Of a DNA stretch of 64,000 nt, positions 11,118 to 23,561 are shown one piece after another. The stretch comes from Candidatus Atelocyanobacterium thalassae (GTDB taxonomy: Bacteria > Cyanobacteriota > Cyanobacteriia > Cyanobacteriales > Microcystaceae), in the NCBI GenBank assembly GCA_051971635.1, contig JBFPLN010000001.1, positions 224,001 through 288,000 of the forward strand, in the 5' to 3' direction. Every line of letters begins with the position of its first letter. Within the stretch, counting starts at the first letter, position 1. Below the pieces are notes generated by a model. That model saw only the letters and a program-made list of their open reading frames with translations. It had not been told where the DNA came from and ran no database searches. The translations under genes and the position numbers were made by a program.

Positions 11118-11903
11118 CTATATTAAGGATTTTTGTCTTTTAGCCTCATACAAAATCAAAGCTGTAGTAACTGCTACATTTAATGATTCTACATTTTGCT
11201 CTAATGGAACTTTTATTATTTCATCTGCCATATTAACTAAACTTTTTGATAGTCCAGAACCTTCGTTACCTAATAAAATAATTGTAGGCTTCGTCAGATT
11301 TAAGTTCCAATAAGTTTTCTCAGCATTCGGCAAAGTTGCAACGATGTTCACACCTTGATTTTTATAATTCTTGACTATATTTTCTAAATTAGATGTAATT
11401 ACTAAGGGGGCTTTAAACCAGGCACCAGCAGAAGCTCTTATAACTTTTGGATTATCAATATTTACACTATCGCTACTAACCCAAATACTGTCAACATTTG
11501 TAGCAACAGCTGTACGAACAATAGTTCCTAAGTTTCCTGGGTCTTGCAGTCTTTCTAAGATTAGACCTAATTTCAAACTGGAAATTTTAGTTTCGCAGAA
11601 AGATTTAGATAATGCTGTAGCAACTATCCCATCAGGATTTACAGTTGTTGTAATACTTTTTAAAACTTCTGGTGAAACAACTTCGTATCGTTCTGCAAAT
11701 TTAGAAGCTATTTTCCACAGTTCGGGATTTTGTATTTTCCACTTTTCAGTAGAAAGTAAGGTTATTAGGGAACAATTCTCTTCACAGGCTGTCATGAGAA
11801 GATGAGTTCCCTCGAAAAAAAATATTCCTTTTTCTCTTCGTTTCTTTACATTACGTAGTTCACGAATTTGCTTAATTAAAGGATTTTTAGTACTTGTAAT
11901 CAT
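11118..11903 (-). CDS. TrmH/SpoU family RNA methyltransferase
   Basis: LQDPGNLGTIVRTA, GNEGSG, VESLNVAV (SPOUT motifs). Confidence 0.92.
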   Translation of the reverse strand: MITSTKNPLIKQIRELRNVKKRREKGIFFFEGTHLLMTACEENCSLITLLSTEKWKIQNPELWKIASKFAERYEVVSPEVLKSITTTVNPDGIVATALSKSFCETKISSLKLGLILERLQDPGNLGTIVRTAVATNVDSIWVSSDSVNIDNPKVIRASAGAWFKAPLVITSNLENIVKNYKNQGVNIVATLPNAEKTYWNLNLTKPTIILLGNEGSGLSKSLVNMADEIIKVPLEQNVESLNVAVTTALILYEAKRQKSLI

Positions 11904-12236
11904 TAAAGATACGGAAAATATTAGTTTAATTTCATACTAGATTGGTATTTAACTCCAAAAAATTTAATAGATGCTAAAGATTCAATCTAGTTACCTAATA
12001 ATTTTATTGGTTTTATGTAGTAATATTTATTATTTAATTAATATTTATGATGGACTGAGAACTAGCTCTAGTTTTATTTTTATATTTAAAACTTAAGTCC
12101 AGTTTATAGGAATATCAACTTTTCAGAGTTTTTTGAACCAATGAAATTATACTGAAAATAATTTTAGAACCAGTGCTAATTTTCTTTATAGTATAAAAAA
12201 ATATAGTTATACAGCTTCATTGCGTATCGAAATTTT

Positions 12237-13568
12237 ATGACATCTTATATAGAAAAACAACAATCAGTTTTGGAAATCCAAGGTCAAAACTCTCTGAATG
12301 GCCAAGTTCGTATAAGTGGTGCCAAAAATTCAGCTTTAGTTCTCATGGCCGGCTCAATTCTGTGCTCCGAGGATTGTCGTCTTAATAATATCCCTGCTTT
12401 GGTTGATATTGATCGTATGTCTCAAATTCTTTCAGCTATTGGAGTACGACTTAAGAAAGATGGGGATAGCATAGATATCAACGCTCAGCACATAGGGCAG
12501 AACAAGGCTCCCTACGAATTAGTATCTCAACTTCGTGCTAGTTTCTTTGTAATTGGTCCTTTGTTAGCAAGGTTGGGTAAAACTCGTGTTCCCTTGCCAG
12601 GAGGTTGTGCTATAGGTGCTAGACCTGTCGATCTTCACGTACGAGGGCTACAAGCTATGGGAGCAGATGTTAAGATTGAACATGGGGTAGTCCACGCTTG
12701 TATTAAAAACAATTACAAGAGACTACAAGGAGCCAAAATCTATTTAGATTATCCTAGTGTTGGCGCTACAGAAACAATCATGATGGCTGCAACTTTAGCA
12801 GAGGGAGAAACTACTATTGAGAACTGTGCTCAAGAACCTGAAATTACTGATTTAGCAAATTTTTGCCGCTCTATGGGAGCAAAAATCAAAGGTGATGGAA
12901 CTAAACGCATTATTATATCGGGAGTAGATTATCTTCATAGCACTGAGTACTCTGTAATCCCTGATCGTATTGAAGCAGGAACACTACTTATAGCAGGAGC
13001 AATTACTCAATCAGAAATTAGCTTATATCCTGTCTTTCCTGAACATTTAGCGTCTATTATTGCGAAGTTAAAAGAAGTTGGCCCTAGGGTTGTAGTTGAA
13101 GGGACAGATTCTGTAAGGTTAATCCCTTGTCCTTTAAAAGCCACTAATTTAAAAACTCTTCCTTTCCCAGGTTTTCCTACAGATATGCAGGCCCAGTTTA
13201 TGGCTTTACTTTGCATTAGCAAAGGAAATAGTGTGATAACAGAAACTGTCTTTGAAAATCGTTTACGTCATATTGCAGAACTACAAAGAATGGGGGCAGA
13301 TATTCGAGTTGAAGGTAATATTGCTATAGTTCAAGGAGTATCTTTCTTGTCTGGCGCTCCTGTTATGGCAACTGATTTAAGGGCTTCTGCTGCTCTTGTT
13401 TTAGCTGGTTTGGCTGCTCATGGAAAAACAACTATACAAGGATTACACCATCTTGATCGTGGGTATGACAATTTAGAAGGTAAACTGCGTAAATTAGGAG
13501 CAAACTTACGTCGAGTCAGTATTTCTTGTGATGAAAAAAGCTCGACAGAACATCCTGTTCAATTTTAA
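12237..13568 (+). CDS. murA: UDP-N-acetylglucosamine 1-carboxyvinyltransferase
   Basis: [50 protein letters not shown]. Confidence 0.97.
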   Translation: MTSYIEKQQSVLEIQGQNSLNGQVRISGAKNSALVLMAGSILCSEDCRLNNIPALVDIDRMSQILSAIGVRLKKDGDSIDINAQHIGQNKAPYELVSQLRASFFVIGPLLARLGKTRVPLPGGCAIGARPVDLHVRGLQAMGADVKIEHGVVHACIKNNYKRLQGAKIYLDYPSVGATETIMMAATLAEGETTIENCAQEPEITDLANFCRSMGAKIKGDGTKRIIISGVDYLHSTEYSVIPDRIEAGTLLIAGAITQSEISLYPVFPEHLASIIAKLKEVGPRVVVEGTDSVRLIPCPLKATNLKTLPFPGFPTDMQAQFMALLCISKGNSVITETVFENRLRHIAELQRMGADIRVEGNIAIVQGVSFLSGAPVMATDLRASAALVLAGLAAHGKTTIQGLHHLDRGYDNLEGKLRKLGANLRRVSISCDEKSSTEHPVQF

Positions 13569-14194
13569 GATTCATTTTTTAAATTATTAATGATTAGAAT
13601 ATATAAGCATCAAATGGTCTAACTTATATTTTTTTGTAAGTTTAATCAATTGGTATCGTTTAGAACATTGCAAACAGGAAATTAAATCTTTATTAGTTGT
13701 GATTTAAATGCTAGATTTAAACAACAAAAATATACTTGTTCAAGTTACTAAATTATGTATACTCTAAAGAAAATAATATGAATCAATTTCTTATTAAACA
13801 AGTTCTTTTATATTGACTTGATTATATAGAGGCTTACGAGTTGTTGATAAGAAGATTATTTTATTTAAGATAATTTGTTTTTAAGCTTTATAAATTAGAA
13901 ATATCTAAGCCAGTAAGGAATAATGACAAAGGCAAGCCTTGTCTGTACTACATAAAAATTATAAATATTTAACTTAATTGTAGTTTGGTTTAGAAACTTA
14001 TTGTTTTTAACTTATATTTTTTAATCAATATTCGATTATTTTTTTATTCCCTGACTGGCCATTTACCGATAATATAAGTAATACTAAAAAGGCTTAGTAG
14101 TAAATTTAGATTTTAGGAAATGGTAAATTCCGCCCCATTTCCTACTCATCATAGTCATTTTGATGAGGTATTTAGCGGTTAATAGTAAAAATTA

Positions 14195-14443
14195 ATGAAC
14201 CAAGAAATATTTGAAAAAGTAAAAGTTATTGTTATCGATAAACTTGAAGTAAAAGAAGAACAAGTTACACTCGAAGCAAATTTTGCTAATGATTTAAGCG
14301 CCGATTCTTTAGATACAGTTGAACTAGTAATGGCTCTAGAAGATGAATTCGACATTGAAATTCCTGATGATGATGCCGAAAACATCAGTACTGTAAAAGC
14401 AGCTGTTGATTATATCGAACAGGCTAAGGGTAAGGACCTATAG
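14195..14443 (+). CDS. acpP: Acyl carrier protein
   Basis: [26 protein letters not shown] phosphopantetheine motif. Confidence 0.97.
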   Translation: MNQEIFEKVKVIVIDKLEVKEEQVTLEANFANDLSADSLDTVELVMALEDEFDIEIPDDDAENISTVKAAVDYIEQAKGKDL

Positions 14444-14526
14444 TTAAAATAATTTAAGTTTAAATTTCTCTATTACCTCTCCTAGCTATGATATGAGCTA
14501 AATTAGAGTTTTAATAATCGATAATC

Positions 14527-15786
14527 ATGATAAATTCACATTTAAAAAAAGTAGTTATAACAGGATTAGGTGCAATTACTCCTATTGGCAATAATCTTAA
14601 TGAATATTGGAATAGTCTAATGAACGGACGTAGTGGAGTCACCAAAATTAGCTATTTTGATGCTCAGTATCATGTTTGTCGCATTGCAGGAGAGGTTAAA
14701 GATTTCAACCCCTATGATTATTTAGATCGTAAAGATGTAAAGCGTATGGACCGCTTTTGTCAATTTGGGGTATCAGCTAGTTTACAAGCATTGGCTGATT
14801 CACAATTGGTAATTAATGAAGTTAATGCTGATCAAATAGGAATTATTATTGGTACCGGAATAGGTGGGGTAAAAGTTCTCGAAGATCAGCAAGAGATTTA
14901 TTTAAATCGTGGTCCTAGTCGTTGCAGCCCTTTCACAATTCCTACAATGATTGGCAATATGGCTTCTGGACTCACAGCTATTTATACAGGAGCTAAGGGC
15001 CCTAATACATGTACTGTAACAGCTTGTGCTGCCGGTTCTCATGCTATTGGTGATGCTTTTAGGCTCATACAACAAGGCTATGCTAAAGCAATGATATGTG
15101 GTGGAGCGGAAGCAGCAATTACTCCTTTATCATTAGCAGGATTTGGCTCTGCAAAAGCTTTATCCACCAGGAATAATAGCCCTGAAGAAGCTAGTCGCCC
15201 TTTTGATAAAGATCGGGATGGATTTGTTATGGGCGAAGGCTCAGGTATTTTAGTACTTGAAGAATTAGAGCATGCTCTTAAAAGAAAAGCTAAGATCTAC
15301 GGGGAAATTATAGGTTATGGTATGACATGTGATGCTTACCATATGACTGCGCCATCACCTGATGGTGATGGCGCTTCTCGAGCTATAAAACTTGCCTTAA
15401 AAGACGGTAATATTAATCCTGAACAAGTAGGCTATATTAATGCACATGGTACAAGTACTACAGCAAATGACATCATAGAGACGAAGGCAATCAAGAAAAT
15501 TTTTAAGGATCATGCTTATAATATTCCTATAAGTTCAACTAAATCAATGACAGGGCATTTATTAGGTGGCTCAGGAGGAATTGAGGCAGTGGCAACAGTT
15601 ATGGCTATTGCTAAACAAAAAATCCCTCCTACGATTAATCTCGACAATCCAGATCTTGAGTGTGATCTTGATTATGTTCCTGAAAGAAGTCGTTCGATAA
15701 AACTAGATATTGCATTATCTAATTCTTTTGGCTTCGGAGGACATAATGTTACATTGGCATTTAGAAAGTATAATGACAATGAGTGA
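14527..15786 (+). CDS. fabF: Beta-ketoacyl-ACP synthase II
   Basis: VVITGLG, TACAAG (catalytic Cys), INAHGTST, KSMTGHLLG, NSFGFGGHN; follows acpP. Confidence 0.97.
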   Translation: MINSHLKKVVITGLGAITPIGNNLNEYWNSLMNGRSGVTKISYFDAQYHVCRIAGEVKDFNPYDYLDRKDVKRMDRFCQFGVSASLQALADSQLVINEVNADQIGIIIGTGIGGVKVLEDQQEIYLNRGPSRCSPFTIPTMIGNMASGLTAIYTGAKGPNTCTVTACAAGSHAIGDAFRLIQQGYAKAMICGGAEAAITPLSLAGFGSAKALSTRNNSPEEASRPFDKDRDGFVMGEGSGILVLEELEHALKRKAKIYGEIIGYGMTCDAYHMTAPSPDGDGASRAIKLALKDGNINPEQVGYINAHGTSTTANDIIETKAIKKIFKDHAYNIPISSTKSMTGHLLGGSGGIEAVATVMAIAKQKIPPTINLDNPDLECDLDYVPERSRSIKLDIALSNSFGFGGHNVTLAFRKYNDNE

Positions 15787-15879
15787 TTAAAGTTTAAGAT
15801 ATTTTTTTAGAATACAAATAAAGCTTAACTAGTCAGTTAAGCTTTATTTGTATTCTAAAAAAATATCTTAAACTTTAAT
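15786..15879. repeat. Perfect inverted repeat, 45-bp arms, 4-nt loop
   Basis: 15786-15830 is the exact reverse complement of 15835-15879; begins on the last base of the fabF stop codon. Confidence 0.95.
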
Positions 15880-15969
15880 TATCTGCAATATAAACAAATT
15901 ATATCTTATATACTTTTTTAATCATATTAAAGATAGATTAAAATAAATTCGCAATATTATCTTAAATTT

Positions 15970-16974
15970 ATGAAAATAACTTCTAATACTTTAGAAACGG
16001 AGCTAAAATTACTCCAAGAAGAAGCTTTAAAAGAAATATGTTCTATCACAAATCTAAAAGATTTAGAACAGATTCGAATTTACTATTTAGGAAAAAAGGG
16101 GAAATTATCTCAAATTTTACGAGGAATGGGTCAACTGGATCCCCTAAAAAGACCTCATGTTGGTTTATTCGCAAACAAAGTTAAAGATGCTGTTCAAGAA
16201 CAGTTAGACAAAAAACTTGATAATTTAAGTTCTGCTGAATTAAAAACTAAAATTATCTCAGAAACTTTAGATGTTACGATGCCTGGGGAAAGTCGTCCTT
16301 TAGGTAGTATTCATCCATTAAATAATACTACAGATAGAATATTAGATATTTTTATTGGATTAGGTTATCAAATTTCTACAGGACCCCATATTGAAACAGA
16401 TTATTACAACTTCGAAGCTTTAAATATACCTCCCGACCACCCAGCCAGGGATATGCAAGATACATTCTTTCTAACAAATGGTGATTTAATGAGAACTCAC
16501 ACATCACCTGTACAAATTCACTATATGGAAAATAATACTCCACCTATTAGAATAGTTGCGCCTGGTAGAGTATATCGTCGAGATACCGTAGATTCAACTC
16601 ATTCTGCTGTATTTCACCAAATAGAAATCTTGGCAGTTGACAAAGAGTTAACATTCACAAATCTGAAAGGAACTGTTAGAGAGTTTTTGCGCCAAATTTT
16701 TGGAGAAGATTTACCAATCAAATTTCGCGCTAGTTATTTTCCTTTCACTGAGCCTTCTATAGAAGTAGATGTTCAATGGAAAGGAAAGTGGTTGGAAGTC
16801 ATGGGTTGTGGGATGGTAGATCCAAATGTTTTAAAAGCTGTGGGATACGATCCAGAAATTTATACTGGGTTTGCAGCTGGATTAGGAGTTGAAAGGTTTG
16901 CCATGGTACTACATAAGATTGACGATATTCGGCGTTTTTATACTAATGACTTACGCTTTTTGGAGCAATTCTAA
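15970..16974 (+). CDS. pheS: Phenylalanine--tRNA ligase alpha subunit
   Basis: [46 protein letters not shown]. Confidence 0.97.
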   Translation: MKITSNTLETELKLLQEEALKEICSITNLKDLEQIRIYYLGKKGKLSQILRGMGQLDPLKRPHVGLFANKVKDAVQEQLDKKLDNLSSAELKTKIISETLDVTMPGESRPLGSIHPLNNTTDRILDIFIGLGYQISTGPHIETDYYNFEALNIPPDHPARDMQDTFFLTNGDLMRTHTSPVQIHYMENNTPPIRIVAPGRVYRRDTVDSTHSAVFHQIEILAVDKELTFTNLKGTVREFLRQIFGEDLPIKFRASYFPFTEPSIEVDVQWKGKWLEVMGCGMVDPNVLKAVGYDPEIYTGFAAGLGVERFAMVLHKIDDIRRFYTNDLRFLEQF

Positions 16975-17083
16975 CTTTAGAATTATATTCTGAGTTGTAA
17001 ACTTAATTAAATACTAATGATTATTGAAATTAGTAGGAAAATACTTTTAAACACTAATATACTAGTACATATATAATTGATTT

Positions 17084-17455
17084 TCAATCCTGAATATACT
17101 CTGTTCCTTGAATCATAGCTATTTCAGCTTTCATAAACTCTCTACCAAGATAAGCAGCATGATCTAACATCGTAATAGAACAATTATCATTATTCTCAAT
17201 AATTTTGATACATAGTTCTTTTGCACTACGTGCTGTAAAAATTTGTGTAGCATTACGAACTATTTTATTTCTTACAGAAATAACCTCTCCACTTTCTGGA
17301 TCAATTGCTAGTCCTTTATCATTGATTTTATTTGTAAAATACTTAGCACAAATAAGATTTTGGCTACGATCAATATAAATTATGAAATACCCTCCTGGAT
17401 CAAGTTTTATGTAGCGTTTAGAAAGTTTTTCATCAAGCTGTTTAACTGTTTCCAT
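17084..17455 (-). CDS. DUF4346-like conserved cyanobacterial protein
   Basis: LDPGGYFIIY, LDHAAYLGRE, C-terminal YIQD. Confidence 0.75.
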   Translation of the reverse strand: METVKQLDEKLSKRYIKLDPGGYFIIYIDRSQNLICAKYFTNKINDKGLAIDPESGEVISVRNKIVRNATQIFTARSAKELCIKIIENNDNCSITMLDHAAYLGREFMKAEIAMIQGTEYIQD

Positions 17456-17554
17456 TAATCTATTTTATTTGTAATATTGTTTTGTTAAAGGTAAATATAT
17501 TTAAAATTTGAGTAATGAATAGTGTGTATAGGAAATATTCTATCTTAGCTGTAT

Positions 17555-19312
17555 TTATTTTTTAGCAGTACCAGAATATACTTGTCCCTTTTCAATATCT
17601 ATAGTAATAATTATTCCTTCAGATATATTCTTAGTTGCATTCTTAAAGTCAAGAATAACTGGTATACCTAAACGAGTTCCAATTACTGCAGCGTGACTAG
17701 TCAAGCTTGATTCCTCTGTAATAATTCCTGATGCTTTTCTCATAATTTCTACAAATTGTGCATCGGTTTTAGGTACTACTAAAATATCCCCTGATTCGAA
17801 ATTATTCAAGTCTTTAGCATAATTGGCAATTCTTGCTCTACCACTTGCCAAACCTTGTCCAACTCCGATCCCTTTACCTAATATTGCCCGAATTGTTTCT
17901 ATTTTTATCAAATCAGTCGATCCTGTTATTCCCTGAATACTTCCGGCTGTCATGACTACTAAATCTCCATCCTGAAGTAATTCTTTTTCTTGAGCTATAT
18001 TAATTGCAGATTGAAAAGTTTGAGTGGCTGATGGTGAATCAAGAACTAACAAGGTTTCTAATCCCCAAACTAACTGTAATTGTCTTGCAACATCTGCCCG
18101 AGGAGTTACAGCTAATATCGGAATACGAGGACGAAATTTAGAAACATTACGAGCAGTCAAACCTGTTTTTGTTAAAGATACTATAGCAGCTGCGTTTAAT
18201 TGTTCTGCAATTTGACTGACCGCTGCTGAAATTGCGTTAGTAATAGACTGTCTTCTTTCAGAAGAATTTTTTATAGTTGTAGGTTCTTTTTCTATACGTT
18301 CAGCGATAGTGGACATAGTTTCTACTGCTTGGACAGGATATTTTCCTACAGCTGTCTCATTTGATAGCATGACTGCATCAGTACCATCTAAAATAGCATT
18401 AGCTACGTCAGATACTTCTGCACGAGTAGCACGAGGATTATTCACCATGCTATCCAACATTTGAGTAGCAGTAATTACAGGAATTCCTAAACTATTTGCA
18501 GTAGAAATTAATCGTTTTTGTAAAATAGGGACATCTTCTGGTGGTAACTCAACTCCTAAATCTCCTCTAGCTACCATGACACCATCACATAAATTAAGAA
18601 TTTCTTTCATATTTTTGATAGCTTCATGTTTTTCAATTTTTGCAATTATCGGAACATTTTTCCCTGCATTTGTAATAATTTTTTTTACTTCTAAGATATC
18701 TTGTGAATTACGTACAAAGCTTAAAGCAATCCAATCTACTCCATTTTCTAAACCAAAAATTAAATCTTTTTTATCTTTATTTGTTAATGCTCTTACAGAT
18801 AGACAGATTCCAGGAAAATTGACACCTTTATTATTTGATAACGTTCCACCGACAATAACCCTACAATATAAATTTTTATTAGTAAAATCAACCTTTTCGA
18901 CTAGCATTTCAACTTTGCCGTCATCCATTAAAATTCTTGCCTGTTCCGGAACTTCTTCCACTAAATGCTTATATGTAACGTAACTAATTTCATTATTACA
19001 TTCTACTTCTCGGCTTGTAAGAGTAAAAGAATCACCATTCTCAAGCGTAATTGAGTTAGTCTTAAATAATCCAAGACGAATTTTCGGGCCTTGCAAATCT
19101 TGAAGAATAGCTACAGGCTTATTTAACTCAAAAGCAACCTGTCTAATAAGTTGAATACTGTGTGCATGGTACTCATGATCACCATGGGAAAAATTGAGAC
19201 GGAAAGTACTTGCACCGGCTAAAATTAACCTACGCAAAGTTTCTTTATCTTGAGTAGCAGGGCCAATAGTTGCTACTATCTTAGTTCGGCGAGGCATAGA
19301 ATAAGATCGCAT
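17555..19312 (-). CDS. pyk: Pyruvate kinase with C-terminal PEP-utilising domain
   Basis: RRTKIVATIGPA, RLNFSHG, DLQGPKIR, MVARGDLG, ATQMLDSM, TSHAAVIG. Confidence 0.97.
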   Translation of the reverse strand: MRSYSMPRRTKIVATIGPATQDKETLRRLILAGASTFRLNFSHGDHEYHAHSIQLIRQVAFELNKPVAILQDLQGPKIRLGLFKTNSITLENGDSFTLTSREVECNNEISYVTYKHLVEEVPEQARILMDDGKVEMLVEKVDFTNKNLYCRVIVGGTLSNNKGVNFPGICLSVRALTNKDKKDLIFGLENGVDWIALSFVRNSQDILEVKKIITNAGKNVPIIAKIEKHEAIKNMKEILNLCDGVMVARGDLGVELPPEDVPILQKRLISTANSLGIPVITATQMLDSMVNNPRATRAEVSDVANAILDGTDAVMLSNETAVGKYPVQAVETMSTIAERIEKEPTTIKNSSERRQSITNAISAAVSQIAEQLNAAAIVSLTKTGLTARNVSKFRPRIPILAVTPRADVARQLQLVWGLETLLVLDSPSATQTFQSAINIAQEKELLQDGDLVVMTAGSIQGITGSTDLIKIETIRAILGKGIGVGQGLASGRARIANYAKDLNNFESGDILVVPKTDAQFVEIMRKASGIITEESSLTSHAAVIGTRLGIPVILDFKNATKNISEGIIITIDIEKGQVYSGTAKK

Positions 19313-19848
19313 GATAATTTTAATAAAATATAATAACTAATAATTGATATTTGATGAAAAGTTAAGTCTTTCTTTAAAATTATACGAAAAATTGTTATTA
19401 TTTAAATATTTTTCTCGTATTCTTTGTATTTTCTAATTGTAGAATTAGATAATCAGCAAAGTTAAGATATGGTTAAATTAATCTTGTATTTTCTTTTAAT
19501 AAAATTGAGAGACAAATTTTTAAGATCCAAGATTTTTTAAAATACTTTACTGCTTATATTAAGCTTATAGATTAAAAGATGAATATCAATAAAAATAACT
19601 ATATGAGATATGAAACTTAATTTATAAATAGACATCAAGTTATTTTAAGTAAATAAATATTTTTACGATTAGATTTTATATAGATAATTTTTTTGAAACC
19701 TTTTTTCTGTATGATAATTACTTAAGAATATTTTATTTTAATAATTTTTCAATTAGATTCTTGAACTCATATATAATAAGTTTGAGTTAGAGTTATTTTT
19801 AATAATAACCGACAATAAATTAATATCACTTGTAAACTTACAGGCTAA

Positions 19849-20778
19849 ATGAAAATACTAGTTACAGGGGGTGCTGGTTTCATTGGTTCCCATCTTATTG
19901 ATCGTTTAATGGAAAAGGGACACGATGTCCTTTGCTTAGATAATTTCTATACTGGCAGCAAAAATAATATTTTGAAATGGATTGGCAATCCTTGCTTTGA
20001 GTTAATTCGCCATGACATAACTGAACCTATTCGTTTAGAAGTTGATCGAATTTATCACTTAGCATGTCCTGCTTCTCCAATTCATTACCAACATAATCCT
20101 GTAAAAACCATTAAAACTAATGTATTGGGAACGCTAAATATGCTGGGCCTCGCTAAAAGGGTTAATGCACGTATTTTACTGGCGTCCACTTCTGAAGTAT
20201 ATGGAGATCCGGATATACATCCTCAGAATGAAGAGTATAATGGAAATGTAAATTGCACCGGTTTAAGAGCTTGTTATGACGAAGGCAAAAGAGTAGCTGA
20301 AACTTTAGCATTTGAGTATCATAGAGAGCATAAAACAGATATTCGAGTAGCACGTATTTTTAATACATATGGACCTAGAATGGCAGAAAACGATGGTAGA
20401 GTTGTAAGCAATCTTATTGTGCAAGCTTTACAAAACAAGTTTTTGACCATCTATGGAAATGGATCTCAAACTCGAAGCTTCTGCTATATTTCTGACATGG
20501 CAGAAGGATTAATAAGATTAATGAATGGAAATTATATAGGTCCACTAAATCTAGGCAATCCTGATGAGTACACTATCCTAGAGCTGGCTAAAACTATTCA
20601 AAAGATGACTAAGTCTAAAGCACAATTAATTTATAAAGAATTACCTAAAGATGATCCTAAAAAAAGACAACCTGATATTGCAAAAGCTAAACTTTATCTT
20701 GATTGGCAACCAGAATTTTCTTTAGAGAAAGGTTTAGAATTAACAATTCAGCATTTTCAAAATCAAATATTTGAATGA
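19849..20778 (+). CDS. UDP-glucuronate decarboxylase (UDP-xylose synthase-like SDR)
   Basis: [56 protein letters not shown]. Confidence 0.92.
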   Translation: MKILVTGGAGFIGSHLIDRLMEKGHDVLCLDNFYTGSKNNILKWIGNPCFELIRHDITEPIRLEVDRIYHLACPASPIHYQHNPVKTIKTNVLGTLNMLGLAKRVNARILLASTSEVYGDPDIHPQNEEYNGNVNCTGLRACYDEGKRVAETLAFEYHREHKTDIRVARIFNTYGPRMAENDGRVVSNLIVQALQNKFLTIYGNGSQTRSFCYISDMAEGLIRLMNGNYIGPLNLGNPDEYTILELAKTIQKMTKSKAQLIYKELPKDDPKKRQPDIAKAKLYLDWQPEFSLEKGLELTIQHFQNQIFE

Positions 20779-20864
20779 TACTTGAATCTATTTAGAGGAA
20801 TTCTAAAGATCTATAAAAGAACAGTTAAATGTCAAACTTTAAATAAATTAAAAAACATAAAATC

Positions 20865-22214
20865 ATGCGTGTTTGTGTTATCGGGACAGGTTATGTTGGG
20901 CTAGTAACTGGAGTTTGCTTAGCTCATATTGGTCATCATGTTATTTGTGTTGATAATAACGAAGAAAAAATCAAATTAATGAAGGCTGGTCAATCTCCTA
21001 TCTATGAACCTGGACTCTCAGAACTAATGTATTCTTCTATGCAGGAAAAACGTTTAGAGTTTACATCAAATTTAGCTAGAGGTGTTCATCATGGAGAAGT
21101 TCTTTTTACTGCGGTGGGTACTCCTGCTTTGACTAATGGAGAAAGTGATACTCGTTACGTTGAAGCCGTTGCAAGAGGTATTGGAGAGAGTTTAAATTGT
21201 GGATACAAGGTGATAGTAAATAAATCTACTGTACCAATTGGTTCTGGAGATTGGGTAAGAATGATTGTCATGGAAGGATTAGCCAAACAAAATAATCCTT
21301 CTATGAAAGTAGAGTTTGATGTTATTAGTAATCCTGAATTTTTGAGGGAAGGATCTGCGGTACATGATACATTTAACCCTGATCGTATTGTTCTTGGAGG
21401 TAACAGCAAGCAAGCAATTGATCTAATGAAAGAGCTATATAAACCTTTAATAGAAAGAAAATTTTCTGAAGATAAAGGTTTACCTTTTGTTCCTTTAGTA
21501 GTAACAGACTTAAACTCTGCAGAAATGATAAAATATGCTGCCAATGCATTCTTGGCAACTAAAATTAGTTTTATCAATGAAGTTGCAAATATCTGTGATC
21601 GTGTAGGAGCAGATATCTCTCAAGTTGCACAAGGTATAGGATTAGATTCTCGTATTGGTAATAAATTTTTGAAAGCAGGTATCGGTTGGGGAGGCTCTTG
21701 TTTTCCTAAAGATGTTTCAGCTTTAATTCGTACTGCTAATGATTATAACTATGAGACACAACTATTAAATGCAGCTGTTAGGGTAAACAAAAAGCAAAGA
21801 TTAATAGTTATAGAAAAATTACAACAAGAATTAAAAATTCTTAAAGGTAAAACTATTGGTCTATTAGGACTGACTTTTAAACCAGATACTGATGATATGA
21901 GAGATGCTCCTGCATTAGTAATAATTGAAGAGCTTAACCGCTTAGGAGCTAAGGTAAAAGCGTATGATCCGATTGTTTCTCAATCTGGATTAAGTCATGG
22001 ATTATCAGGAGTTATTATTGAGACTGATGCCGAAATGCTCTCAGACAATTGCGATGCCCTAGTATTAATTACAGATTGGCAAGAATTTCTTAATTTAAAT
22101 TATCAAAAGATGGCTGAAGTCATGATCAATCCAGTTCTTATAGATGGTCGAAACTTTTTAGAACGTTCTAAATTACAAGTTGCTGGCTTCCATTATGTAG
22201 GGATTGGTCGTTAA
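20865..22214 (+). CDS. ugd: UDP-glucose 6-dehydrogenase
   Basis: GTGYVGL, VGTP, NKSTVP, NPEFLREG, GGSCFPKD, FKPDTDDMR. Confidence 0.95.
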   Translation: MRVCVIGTGYVGLVTGVCLAHIGHHVICVDNNEEKIKLMKAGQSPIYEPGLSELMYSSMQEKRLEFTSNLARGVHHGEVLFTAVGTPALTNGESDTRYVEAVARGIGESLNCGYKVIVNKSTVPIGSGDWVRMIVMEGLAKQNNPSMKVEFDVISNPEFLREGSAVHDTFNPDRIVLGGNSKQAIDLMKELYKPLIERKFSEDKGLPFVPLVVTDLNSAEMIKYAANAFLATKISFINEVANICDRVGADISQVAQGIGLDSRIGNKFLKAGIGWGGSCFPKDVSALIRTANDYNYETQLLNAAVRVNKKQRLIVIEKLQQELKILKGKTIGLLGLTFKPDTDDMRDAPALVIIEELNRLGAKVKAYDPIVSQSGLSHGLSGVIIETDAEMLSDNCDALVLITDWQEFLNLNYQKMAEVMINPVLIDGRNFLERSKLQVAGFHYVGIGR

Positions 22215-22413
22215 ATATTATCTCAAAAATATTAGTACTCAAGATCTTGATATTATCCTTTTTCTACCCATTTATTACTTCATAAATGAGTAAGTTATTA
22301 CTTTCAATATTTTTATTCAAATAGCAAAAATTAATATTCATATTTTATTTAAAGGGTAAGATGTAAATAGCTAACATAGAGTTTGCTTAATTATTTGTTA
22401 TTAGGATTAGTAT

Positions 22414-23400
22414 ATGATTTGGAGAAGACGTCATATTTTAAGTTTAGCTGATTGGGAGGAAGAAGAATATAACACACTAATCCAAACTGCTTCTAGTTTC
22501 AGCGAAGTTCTATTACGTCATACCAAAAAAGTTCCGGCTCTTCAAGGATTAGTTGTTACTAATATGTTTTTTGAACCGTCTACAAGAACTCGTAGTAGCT
22601 TTGAACTAGCAAGTAAGCGCCTTTCTGCAGATATATTAAATTTTTCTCCAGGAACCTCATCTTTAGCAAAAGGAGAAACGATTCTAGATACAGCTAAAAC
22701 TTATTTAGCTATGGGAGCAAATATTATGGTTATCCGTCATAAACAGGCGGGTGTTCCTCAAATAGTTGCTAATGAAATGGATCGTTTACAAACTGGTATT
22801 AGCGTTTTAAATGCTGGAGATGGAATGCATGAGCATCCTTCTCAAGGATTATTAGATTTATTTACTATTTGTTCTGAACTAGATTCTAATTATCCTAGAT
22901 TAGAATTATTACAAAATAAAAAGATCGTAATTGTTGGTGATATCTTACATTCTAGGGTTGCCCGTTCAAATATATGGAGTCTAACGAAAGCAGGAGCTGA
23001 TGTTCATTTGGTAGGCCCCCCAACACTCCTCCCTAGATGGTTTGAAGACATAAAGAATACACACAACAAAGGACAATTATTTATACATTGGGATTTGGAA
23101 CCTGCTTTAGAAAAAGCAGATTTTATTATGACATTACGCTTACAGAAAGAAAGAATGACAGATGCTTTATTACCTAGCCTGAGAGAATATCACAAATATT
23201 ATGGTATCACGTATAAGCATTTACAGCTTTGTAAGCCTAATGTAAAAATCCTACATCCAGGACCAGTTAACCGTGGAATTGAGATTACTTCTAGTCTAGT
23301 AGATGATCCTAATTTTAGCCTAGTTCAAAAACAAGTTACAAATAGTATTGCCGTTCGTATGGCTTTACTATTCTTACTTGGAACCTTTTCTGAACAATAG
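22414..23400 (+). CDS. pyrB: Aspartate carbamoyltransferase catalytic subunit
   Basis: [48 protein letters not shown]. Confidence 0.97.
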   Translation: MIWRRRHILSLADWEEEEYNTLIQTASSFSEVLLRHTKKVPALQGLVVTNMFFEPSTRTRSSFELASKRLSADILNFSPGTSSLAKGETILDTAKTYLAMGANIMVIRHKQAGVPQIVANEMDRLQTGISVLNAGDGMHEHPSQGLLDLFTICSELDSNYPRLELLQNKKIVIVGDILHSRVARSNIWSLTKAGADVHLVGPPTLLPRWFEDIKNTHNKGQLFIHWDLEPALEKADFIMTLRLQKERMTDALLPSLREYHKYYGITYKHLQLCKPNVKILHPGPVNRGIEITSSLVDDPNFSLVQKQVTNSIAVRMALLFLLGTFSEQ

Positions 23401-23490
23401 TAATAATATTTTAATTCTTTAAGTAAATCATTTATATTCTTTAAAAGATAAAAGTTCTTATGAATAAGATAAATTTTAAATACATTCTTA

Positions 23491-23533
23491 TCTTAACTTT
23501 TTTGATTAGTTTAAATAATTAAAAAAGTTAAGA
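23491..23533. terminator. Inverted repeat, 18-bp arms (1 G/T mismatch), between convergent pyrB and hemN
   Basis: tcttaacttttttgatta-gtttaaa-taattaaaaaagttaaga. Confidence 0.7.
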
Positions 23534-23561
23534 CTCTATTGAATTTTTTTAATTATTGAGT

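Noticed and set aside
8472..16974. pheT and pheS unlinked and on opposite strands
   Set aside because: Separation of pheS and pheT is common in cyanobacteria.
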